From: a virus
DNA length: 64,000 nucleotides
Virus record (IMG/VR): IMGVR_UViG_3300013744_000001
Span: 12,475 to 76,474 of that record
Reading direction: 5' to 3' (one strand)
Part shown: positions 18,228 to 25,441 of the stretch, piece after piece
Position numbering within the stretch: position 1 is the first letter of the stretch
Layout of the letters: each line of letters begins with the position of its first letter
Notes under the pieces: model-generated
What the model was told of the DNA's origin: nothing
Seen by the model: only the letters and a program-made list of their open reading frames with translations
The model's database searches: none
Program-made: the position numbers and the translations under genes

Positions 18228-19082
18228 ATGATTAGAACAGCACATTTATTTGCAGGAGCGGGAGGTGGAATCCTTGCAGACCTTATACTCGGACACGAGC
18301 CAAAGCTTGCAGTCGAAATCAGCAAACCCTGCTGTCGAATGCTCGAAGCCAGACAACGTGAAGGATGGTTGCCAAGAGACATGCATATCCACTGCGGAGA
18401 CATCAGGCAATTCGACTGGGAGCCATGGGCTGGAAAAGTGGATTGCATCGCAGCGGGGTTCCCTTGTCAGGATATTTCGTGTGCAGGCAAAGGCGTCGGA
18501 ATTGCCGGAGAGCGAAGCGGACTTGTCTGGGAAGTGTTTCGGGCAATCGATGCGATCAAGCCCTCCCTTGTCTTCCTCGAAAATTCGCCCTACGTCCGCA
18601 CCAGAGGGCGGAAAGAAGTTACAGCAGCTCTGGTGGAGAGGGGATACTGCTGGAGAGACGGAGTCCTTGCCGCGTCTGATGTCGGTGCTCCCCATAAACG
18701 GGACAGGTGGTGGCTCCTCGCTGCCAACACTGACGGTCTCAGGCAACTGGAACAGGAAAGGGGCCAGCAAGACGAGTGGGGATGGTCTGGCGACAGCGCT
18801 GAGACGTCTGCCGACACTCCTTGCATCGGACTTCAGAGGGCCGTGCGGTGCGGAGTATTATCGAATATCGATGCAGGAGCGATCGAGGGTGCTGCGCGAT
18901 ACACTACCGCATACTCTTGGTCACCGCCTGACGCCGGCTTTTGCGGAATGGTGGATGGGGTGGCCAATCAACTGGACTCTGTTTTCAGAGACAGCAAAAG
19001 AAACCGCATCGCAGCAGCGGGCAACGGCCAAGTCCCGCTTCAAGCCGCAGCAGCGTGGCTGATTCTGGCACATACTGTATAA
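18228..19082 (+). CDS. DNA (cytosine-5)-methyltransferase, reading frame apparently discontinuous (see findings)
   Basis: Frame A: motif I 'LFAGAGGGILADL', motif IV 'GFPCQDIS', motif VI 'LVFLENSPYV', motif VIII-like 'PHKRDRWWLLA', motif X-like 'AAAGNGQVPLQAAAAWL'. The TRD 'LPTLTVSGNWNRKG / PTLLASDFRGP' and motif IX 'RLTPAFAEWWMGWPINW' are in the +1 frame (track ORF 18250..19062). Confidence 0.6.
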   Translation: MIRTAHLFAGAGGGILADLILGHEPKLAVEISKPCCRMLEARQREGWLPRDMHIHCGDIRQFDWEPWAGKVDCIAAGFPCQDISCAGKGVGIAGERSGLVWEVFRAIDAIKPSLVFLENSPYVRTRGRKEVTAALVERGYCWRDGVLAASDVGAPHKRDRWWLLAANTDGLRQLEQERGQQDEWGWSGDSAETSADTPCIGLQRAVRCGVLSNIDAGAIEGAARYTTAYSWSPPDAGFCGMVDGVANQLDSVFRDSKRNRIAAAGNGQVPLQAAAAWLILAHTV

Positions 19083-19101
19083 TCATGGAGGAGGAAACAA
19101 A

Positions 19102-20133
19102 ATGGCCAAAATACTTTTTTCACATTCCGTTTTTCCCATGCAGTTCACTCGCATTGCAACCTTCATGGCAAATCTCGGTCACGAATGTCTCTTCGTAGCA
19201 CCGGAGGCTGGGAGCGACATACGTTTGCCGGGTGTACAGTTTCTTCAGCATCAGGCCTTTGATTACGACAGCATGAAGCTGTTCTGTGAACGGTTGCGAG
19301 ACAGAGGCTTTGTTCCCGATGTCATCTATGCTGCGTCATGGTGTGGGGATTTCCCTGCGTTCAAGGAAGTATTCCCTCTCGCCAGACTGGTCGGCTATTT
19401 CAGATGGCCCAGCGGTGAGTATAATTTGCTGGACCTCTCTGTCTGTGACAGAGCCGTTTCGCCCACAGAGTTTCAGAAAACAATGTTCCACAGTGACAAG
19501 ATTGAAGTCGTGCACGAAGGCATAGACACAGAGTACTTCGCAACTGTGGATGAACGATGGAAGGACGAAGACGTCATCACATACACCACCAGAGGAATGG
19601 AACCGCTCAGATGTTTCCCTGAGTTCATGGAATCGATGGAGTATGTGCTTGGTCGTATGCCTCAAGCCCATGTTGTCATCGCAGGCGAGGACAAGTGCTT
19701 TTACGGTGGTAGCCGGATAGACGGTAAAGGTTGGGGAGAACACATGCTGGAAATATTATCCTTACCCAGAGACCGGGTACACTTTGTCGGTACGCTTCCG
19801 TATGAGAGGTACAGGGATCTCTTGCGCAAATCCGCTGTCCATGTGTACCTGACTAAGCCATACGTGTTGTCATGGTCTCTCTTGGAAGCTATGTCCTGCG
19901 GTTGCCTTGTTGTCAGCAATGCTGTAGCTCCTGTGAAGGAAGTAATAGTGAACAGTAAGAACGGTATTCTGTCCAACACATGGTCCGACCTATCGTTTCA
20001 TATCCTCGATGCTCTGGTCAACAAAGCATCCAGCAAAATGCTTGCGATGCGACAACAAGCAAGGCAGACGATAGAGAAGAGGTTTGAGTTGAAGAAGTGT
20101 CTCTGTAAACTGGAAAGGATTCTGATGTCATAA
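19102..20133 (+). CDS. glycosyltransferase, GT-B fold (GT1/GT4-like)
   Basis: 'VHVYLTKPYVLSWSLLEAMSCGCLVVSNAVAPVKEVIVNSKNGIL' is a typical GT4 EX7E-region; strong 'GGAGGAGGAAACAAAATG' RBS. Confidence 0.65.
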   Translation: MAKILFSHSVFPMQFTRIATFMANLGHECLFVAPEAGSDIRLPGVQFLQHQAFDYDSMKLFCERLRDRGFVPDVIYAASWCGDFPAFKEVFPLARLVGYFRWPSGEYNLLDLSVCDRAVSPTEFQKTMFHSDKIEVVHEGIDTEYFATVDERWKDEDVITYTTRGMEPLRCFPEFMESMEYVLGRMPQAHVVIAGEDKCFYGGSRIDGKGWGEHMLEILSLPRDRVHFVGTLPYERYRDLLRKSAVHVYLTKPYVLSWSLLEAMSCGCLVVSNAVAPVKEVIVNSKNGILSNTWSDLSFHILDALVNKASSKMLAMRQQARQTIEKRFELKKCLCKLERILMS

Positions 20134-20140
20134 AACAAAC

Positions 20141-20171
20141 GACCCTCTGTAGCACCTGGCCACAGAGGGTC
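20141..20171. terminator. hairpin between convergent genes (10-bp stem 'GACCCTCTGT'/'ACAGAGGGTC', 11-nt loop); candidate bidirectional terminator
   Basis: Sits between the glycosyltransferase gene (+) and the tail-fibre operon (-); T/A-rich flank 'ATAAAACAAAC' on the upstream side. Confidence 0.45.
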
Positions 20172-20232
20172 TCGACTGTCACCCCAACCACTAGAGTAAC
20201 GGATGACTTTGTAACACAGACTATTTGCTCTG

Positions 20233-20436
20233 TCAAGGGAACAACATCCTCATTTCCCGCATACACCATCCATACAAAGCAATCTTCACCTCCTTCTCCT
20301 CTGCTACGAATGGCAGAGTAAACAGCATGCGTTCGCTGCTGTCCAGAATGTCTGTCGTACTCTTCGTCCTGCCCCAGAAGAAGACAGTATCGAAGAGCCT
20401 GATGATGCGAAAATCATAGTCGTGTGTCGTTTCCAT
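20233..20436 (-). CDS. small hypothetical protein (67 aa) directly downstream of the tail fibre gene
   Basis: ATG 1 nt after the tail-fibre stop; could be a fibre chaperone; weak evidence. Confidence 0.25.
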   Translation of the reverse strand: METTHDYDFRIIRLFDTVFFWGRTKSTTDILDSSERMLFTLPFVAEEKEVKIALYGWCMREMRMLFP

Positions 20437-20437
20437 A

Positions 20438-22711
20438 TCACTTCAGATCCGGTCTGGCGTCGAACGTCAGTTTGAGATTATCAACAGAATATGCATGCTG
20501 AGTAGCAGTACCAACATCGACCAAAACTGTATAGTCGCGATTGGTTACTTCGACTTTGTCGAATGTGCATTCGTCAAACGTTGCATCTGTCTGATCAACA
20601 ATGACCATTGGTACTTTGACCATCTGCCTGATGAGCGAGCCACTCTTGCCGATGAACCCTTTACCATTTATGTCGCCACCATTCGGGTGCTCTTTTCCCA
20701 GCCTGCGACCGCTGAGCTGCGTGTTAATAACCTGGAAGTATCGTTGGCAATCGTACAGAGCATTCTGGTACGCCTGCCTGTCGGAGCAAGGCTCTTCGCC
20801 TTCGCGGAGTACACGGTAGCGAAGCAACATGAACAGTCCTTCCTGATGCGCCAGTTCCCCAGCGGCTTCGCTGAGCGTCAGAGTCACTTTTAGATAGCCA
20901 AAGCTTTTCAGCATATCGTCGGAAACAGATGGCAGCGGCAAATTGGCAAATGCCTTGCTGGGGTCAAACTCGGCAATGAACCATCCGCCTTCAGGATAAT
21001 CAGCCTGCGATGTATTCAATGTGAGAATAACCGGCTCCGGTTGATTCATACCGGGGATTGAGGTGTTGCCAACATGAATGCTCAGGCCGACTTTTACTTT
21101 CTTCCAGCCCATCGCTCCATTCAATTGCGCCACACAGAACGCTACCTTGATCTTTTGGAACTTCTTGGGATAACTACTGAGATCAACAGGAGTACAATAC
21201 GCAAATGCATCCGGTACAAAGAACTTCAGTGCCGCAGTATTATTAGCATTGCCATCGTTAGGATTGGTCACTTCCGCACTAAGATAAGCAAGATGATTCG
21301 GCGAACCTTCTACACCGCTCTGCGCGTAACTCTGAGGATTGAAGTTTCTGCTCACCCGAATCGAAGCAGTGCCGTTTTTCTCGGCCCAGACACCGTCGAC
21401 GCCAGTGTATCCGCCAACAAAGCCTGTGCCGCCTCCGGCTGTGTATTCCGCAGGACCTTGGTTAACAAGGAAATCACCGTTGAATTCATGAGGCAGAGAT
21501 CCGCGTACGCAAACGCCCTTGCTCTTCTTCAGCGCCTCGATAGCAGCATCGATGCGGGCGATTTCGGAGAGCGTAGCAGCTCTGTCAGCCTTGCCGGCCA
21601 GAGCCGTCGTAGTCTCGGCGGCGTCTGCCTTGGTATCGGCATGCGCATTGGCAGCGGCAAGAGTAGTTGCGTCGTGCTCATCGCTATGCTTGTTGGCAGC
21701 ACTCAGCGTCTCGGTGGCCTTGGTGTCGGCATATGCCTTGGCTCCGTTCAACGCAGCGTCTGCAGCGTCGGTAGCGAAGTCTTTGGCACTCTGCAGAGTC
21801 TGTGCATTCTGATCGTCTACATAGGTCTTGGTCGTAAACTCGCTGACGTCGGGTACAGTGGCAGAGACCTTGTAATCAACTGTGCCACTAGGCAACGTAG
21901 CCTTCTCAACCGTGATATTGTCACCCTGGCTAACCTGTACATTGGCACCAGTGCCCGCAGCGGTGGAGGAAACAGTGAAGGTATGCGTATCACCGACCAC
22001 ATCCTCAGAGACTGTGACATTGGCACCGGCCTTGACCACTGTCTTGGTATCCGTATCAACAAACGTACCATCGGGAACGGATACCTTATAGTTGATTGTG
22101 TCAGCAAGTGTTTCCTTGTCGACCTGAATACCTTTGCCACCCTTGACCTCGACTGTGGGTTCTGTGGATGCCACGGTAAAGGTTGTTTTGCCTGCGACTT
22201 CGGTCTTCTGTACGTCAATCCCACGACCGGCTTCGACTTCGACCGTACTGACAGGAGTAGTAGTAGCAGTAGCGTTGACCGTGTAGGTATGTGTATCGTT
22301 GACCACTTCCTCGGAGACCGTCACATTTGTGCCGGCCTTGACCACCGTCTTGGTATCGGTACCAGGCAGAGCGTCGATCTTCTGCTCCAGCTCCTCGATC
22401 TTCATCTGCAGATCGTTGCAGCAATCGGGCCCGGCCGCAGAGGCGGCATTGACGGAGACCATAATGCGACCGCGGGTGTTCACACCTTTGATGCAGATCT
22501 TGTAACGCCCCGGAGCTTTGATAGTAAAGGTTTCGTTGCCTTTGCTCAGACGCACCAACTCATTCAGAGCCGTGTCCTGAATGGTGGCGTAGCACAGATC
22601 GTCGCAGGTCTCCAGCCTGAAGGTCGCGTAGACCAGAGGAGAGACCGTGTACCAGTCACAGGTACGAGGAGAGAATGCAGAATCTTTTGTCAGAAAAGTT
22701 TCCCAGCCCAT
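20438..22711 (-). CDS. tail fibre protein (757 aa from ATG at 22711; track ORF extends to 23098 but its N-terminus overlaps the endolysin gene)
   Basis: Internal ~35-aa duplication 'TDTKTVVKAGTNVTVSEEVVNDTHTYTVNATA' / 'TDTKTVVKAGANVTVSEDVVGDTHTFTVSSTA'; Ala-rich coiled segment 'AKDFATDAADAALNGAKAYADTKATETLSAANKHSDEHDATTLAAANAHADTKADAAETTTALAGKADRAATLSEIARIDAAIEALKK'; globular C-terminal domain. Confidence 0.6.
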   Translation of the reverse strand: MGWETFLTKDSAFSPRTCDWYTVSPLVYATFRLETCDDLCYATIQDTALNELVRLSKGNETFTIKAPGRYKICIKGVNTRGRIMVSVNAASAAGPDCCNDLQMKIEELEQKIDALPGTDTKTVVKAGTNVTVSEEVVNDTHTYTVNATATTTPVSTVEVEAGRGIDVQKTEVAGKTTFTVASTEPTVEVKGGKGIQVDKETLADTINYKVSVPDGTFVDTDTKTVVKAGANVTVSEDVVGDTHTFTVSSTAAGTGANVQVSQGDNITVEKATLPSGTVDYKVSATVPDVSEFTTKTYVDDQNAQTLQSAKDFATDAADAALNGAKAYADTKATETLSAANKHSDEHDATTLAAANAHADTKADAAETTTALAGKADRAATLSEIARIDAAIEALKKSKGVCVRGSLPHEFNGDFLVNQGPAEYTAGGGTGFVGGYTGVDGVWAEKNGTASIRVSRNFNPQSYAQSGVEGSPNHLAYLSAEVTNPNDGNANNTAALKFFVPDAFAYCTPVDLSSYPKKFQKIKVAFCVAQLNGAMGWKKVKVGLSIHVGNTSIPGMNQPEPVILTLNTSQADYPEGGWFIAEFDPSKAFANLPLPSVSDDMLKSFGYLKVTLTLSEAAGELAHQEGLFMLLRYRVLREGEEPCSDRQAYQNALYDCQRYFQVINTQLSGRRLGKEHPNGGDINGKGFIGKSGSLIRQMVKVPMVIVDQTDATFDECTFDKVEVTNRDYTVLVDVGTATQHAYSVDNLKLTFDARPDLK

Positions 22712-22733
22712 AGTAGAACCCCTTGTTTTAAGG

Positions 22734-23237
22734 TTAGACGGGTAAGCGGACAAAGCCTTCTTTGTCCAGAGGTAATTTCGCAAGTCTTGAAACACTGAGA
22801 CCAAAGGTCTTTTGCACATGACAGTACTCCCTGAATGTCTTCCAGTCTCCGGCCCACTCCCAACCGGCCTCCTTGAACTGGCCCACAATCTCCATCCAGT
22901 CTGCCTTGCCGTCATGGTCAAAGTCCTGCATCGTATCCCACGAAGCATACTTGCCACCGTCAATAATGAGGCAGAAGTCCATGGCCAGACCATAGTTGTG
23001 CACAGACTGACCACCCTGTGCATTGGTGACAATTTTGCCCGGTCGGGCTCGGCCCATGCTGTACAGTACGTTCTGTTCGGCAACGCTCCTGAACCCACAG
23101 GTCACCCGCATTTTGGCTCTGCCGGTCAGCATCTCGTTGTTGATTTTCTCGAATAACAGAATCGCTTCATCCCGAAGTTTGGGATGAAGCGATGCAATTC
23201 GTCGTTCGCTTAAAGGATCACTGTGCATCGTTCTCAC
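22734..23237 (-). CDS. endolysin, peptidase M15 (L-Ala-D-Glu / D-Ala-D-Ala metallopeptidase family)
   Basis: 'RVTCGFRSVAEQNVLYSMGRA...GQSVHNYGLAMDFCL' contains the M15 SxHxxGxAxD motif, with the conserved R...Q...Y upstream. Confidence 0.7.
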   Translation of the reverse strand: MRTMHSDPLSERRIASLHPKLRDEAILLFEKINNEMLTGRAKMRVTCGFRSVAEQNVLYSMGRARPGKIVTNAQGGQSVHNYGLAMDFCLIIDGGKYASWDTMQDFDHDGKADWMEIVGQFKEAGWEWAGDWKTFREYCHVQKTFGLSVSRLAKLPLDKEGFVRLPV

Positions 23238-23604
23238 TCTGCATGGTAATTTCGAGAGCTTTGGAAGCGTCGTTCATTTCCATCAGCACATCACGAAGCC
23301 GCTTGGCAGCAGCTTTGAGGATACCGCGGAAGGTGTCGTCGTGAACCGTGTCCGCATACTTATCAATCCATTCCACAAACTTCAGTTCCTGTTCCTTGAA
23401 CATGCCCTCGAAGAGAACAAGACCGGCAGTGTACTCCCAGATCTTGTCATCCAAAGTACCCGGAATCTTGTTCGTTACTTTGGTACCACCTTCGTAAATC
23501 TTCTGCTTGAGTGCATAGATATTCTTGGGTGTGATGTGAGAAAGCGCCCAATCGACGAGGGCAGGAAGAACCAGCTGGATAATTCGTTTCTGTAGGATGT
23601 TCAT
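23218..23604 (-). CDS. hypothetical protein with one N-terminal hydrophobic helix (possible holin-like; tentative)
   Basis: 'MNILQKRIIQLVLPALVDWALSHI...'; translationally coupled (TGA-c-ATG) to the upstream gene; immediately upstream of the endolysin. Confidence 0.35.
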   Translation of the reverse strand: MNILQKRIIQLVLPALVDWALSHITPKNIYALKQKIYEGGTKVTNKIPGTLDDKIWEYTAGLVLFEGMFKEQELKFVEWIDKYADTVHDDTFRGILKAAAKRLRDVLMEMNDASKALEITMQSENDAQ

Positions 23605-23605
23605 G

Positions 23606-23938
23606 TCATTCCCCCTTTTCACTGTACATGGTGTCTGTGTAAAAATACGCTCCTGCAATCTCGCAGTAGCTTTCGCTCTGCTCGATATCATTGATGTCGT
23701 CGGTTACATAGATGCGCGCAGGCTTCAAAACAGTTACTTTCAGGTCCAGAACCTTGAAAGCGTCTGCAATGTTGGCAGCAAACTGCCTGCCGATGTGGTC
23801 AAAGACTTTGCCGTTCTTGACACTGTAACCCTTGTTCCTCAGCAGATCGGCATCGTAGACTTCTCGGCTGAGCGTCTTCATGACTACGTCGCCGTAGGCC
23901 AGAACAAACTCGGTCACGTTTACGCGTTTTCTTGCCAT
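23606..23938 (-). CDS. hypothetical protein (110 aa)
   Basis: ORF in the lysis-region operon. Confidence 0.4.
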   Translation of the reverse strand: MARKRVNVTEFVLAYGDVVMKTLSREVYDADLLRNKGYSVKNGKVFDHIGRQFAANIADAFKVLDLKVTVLKPARIYVTDDINDIEQSESYCEIAGAYFYTDTMYSEKGE

Positions 23939-24222
23939 CGAAGATTCCCCCTCTTTTCGAGCTTGTTAAAATTTTCTGCTATGTTCTTGAGGTCTCGTGC
24001 CATCTCGTTCAATTTGTTTTCCAGAGTCTTGTACTGATACTGTGATACTGCATTGTCAGTTTTGAGGTTGCTCAGTGTATGCTCTGTCTCATCCACCCTT
24101 CGTTTAATTTCATCTATCTGCATCGTCACCGACCTCAGGGAAACTTTTATCGTTGCATACGCTGTGCCGCAGGAGAAGATGACACAGAGTATCGCCCACA
24201 TGCCGTTCAGCTCGTCAATCAT
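23920..24222 (-). CDS. small membrane-anchored coiled-coil protein (holin/spanin-like; tentative)
   Basis: 'MWAILCVIFSCGTAYATI' TM segment followed by the heptad-like 'IDEIKRRVDETEHTLSNLKTDN...LENKLNEMARDLKNIAENFNKLEK'. Confidence 0.4.
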   Translation of the reverse strand: MIDELNGMWAILCVIFSCGTAYATIKVSLRSVTMQIDEIKRRVDETEHTLSNLKTDNAVSQYQYKTLENKLNEMARDLKNIAENFNKLEKRGNLRWQENA

Positions 24223-24983
24223 AGGCTTTGCCTCTTTGGTTTGAGCTTGTCACAAATCTTCTCCTTCCACTTCATCTGCTGGATCATGACACCGTCCGAA
24301 TGTCGTTTGCCTGTGTCCAGAAGAACCACATAATCCCGACCCTTGTCCGTAGGTACCCATGTACCGTTTATATTACTCTGAAATCCTTCATGTGCAAGAA
24401 GTTTGTTTACTTCTCTTGGACCGAAGAAACCAAGACGCTGTGCAATCTGTGTAGGAGTGAGGAAGAATTGCTGGTCAGGGTTCTTCAGTTCAATCTGCAA
24501 AAGCTTCAGGGGAGACACTTTATAAATGCGCATCATCGCATTGTCAGCCGACACTGTGGCCGCATTACCTTCGAGTCCGGCAGTAATAGCTATGCTCCTC
24601 AGAGCTGCAAACGTTCTGGATGTAAACTCTTCCGAAGTCATATTCGCTGTTGCCACTTTATACTGCCCAGTCTTGCGAATGGTCGGAAGTACTTCCTCGA
24701 AGATCCAAGCCTCAAACGCTTGGGCGGCCGGCAACTGGGAGCTTACGATTAATCTGTACAGATCAGGCTCTGTCAGGAAACGTATGTCCTGCACACCACC
24801 TGCTGTTTGAAGGGGGTAGCATTTTGCTACCCCCTTGCAATGTTGCTTGATGGCATCAGACGCATTGACATAGCCCAGAATTTCACAGACATCCTTGCCG
24901 CAGAAGAGAGGGTTTCCGTCGATATCAACGATAGTGCGAACCTGACCCTGACCATTGAAACTGAATACTGTCATTTCATTCAT
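24219..24983 (-). CDS. Bro-N domain antirepressor-family protein
   Basis: 'MNEMTVFSFNGQGQVRTIVDIDGNPLFCGKDVCEILGY...'; its C-terminal domain is similar to the 17476 and 50882 genes. Confidence 0.75.
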   Translation of the reverse strand: MNEMTVFSFNGQGQVRTIVDIDGNPLFCGKDVCEILGYVNASDAIKQHCKGVAKCYPLQTAGGVQDIRFLTEPDLYRLIVSSQLPAAQAFEAWIFEEVLPTIRKTGQYKVATANMTSEEFTSRTFAALRSIAITAGLEGNAATVSADNAMMRIYKVSPLKLLQIELKNPDQQFFLTPTQIAQRLGFFGPREVNKLLAHEGFQSNINGTWVPTDKGRDYVVLLDTGKRHSDGVMIQQMKWKEKICDKLKPKRQSL

Positions 24984-25020
24984 GATAATTTCCTTTTAAG
25001 ATTCATCTAAAATAAAATTT

Positions 25021-25050
25021 CCCAACATCGGTATTACCGATGTTGGTGCT
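25021..25050. repeat. perfect ~26-bp palindrome 'CCCAACATCGGTATTACCGATGTTGG', copy 1 of 2; part of a ~45-bp direct repeat
   Basis: Read directly. Follows the truncated Bro-N ORF stop; on the minus strand a T-rich 'AAATTTTATTTTAG' follows, so it is terminator-like. Confidence 0.6.
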
Positions 25051-25056
25051 GACCAA

Positions 25057-25329
25057 TTACATGGGCCGTCCGCCCCGACGCATTTCAGGAAACGTCGTAT
25101 ATCTGTCAAAGTTAGACTCGTCTAAAATAGGATTCCCAACATCGGTAATACCGATGTTGGGATTAATACTTGATTTTTCGTCATTATCGAGAGTGCTTAA
25201 CGCATCACTCAAGTTAACAATTTCCAGAATATCGCAGATGTCCTTGGCTACGAACCAGGGTTCTCCGTCTCTGACCACAGTGCGAATCTCGTGCTGGTTC
25301 TGAAAACTGAATACTGTTACTTCATTCAT
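25057..25329 (-). pseudogene. truncated Bro-N domain gene (N-terminal 55 aa Bro-N, then reads through a palindromic repeat)
   Basis: 'MNEVTVFSFQNQHEIRTVVRDGEPWFVAKDICDILEIVNLSDALSTLDNDEKSS' then the non-homologous 'INPNIGITDVGNPIL...', which is encoded by the palindrome. Confidence 0.5.
25131..25160. repeat. perfect palindrome 'CCCAACATCGGTAATACCGATGTTGGG', copy 2 of 2; lies inside the 3' end of the truncated Bro-N ORF
   Basis: Read directly; the flanking 'TCTAAAATA(G/A)' is also repeated ~112 bp from copy 1. Confidence 0.6.
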
Positions 25330-25441
25330 GTTTTGCTCCTTTGGGCAAAGATTGAAAAAATGCGCCTCTCGGCACTTCAGATGGGGTGGTATTTTGCCAC
25401 CCCATCCTCACTGTACCACGTACACTGTTTATAGTCATCTG

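Noticed and set aside
18250-19062. 270-aa +1-frame ORF overlapping the methyltransferase as an independent overlapping gene
   Set aside because: Its only recognisable content is methyltransferase TRD/motif IX sequence, so it is part of the same (frame-disrupted) methyltransferase rather than a separate gene.
20713-23098. Extension of the tail-fibre ORF 5' to 23098 and plus-strand ORF 21074..22798 (574 aa)
   Set aside because: The 5' extension overlaps the endolysin gene with non-protein-like sequence (WRLWASSRRPVGSG...). The plus-strand ORF is antisense to the fibre gene, has biased composition and lacks any motif.
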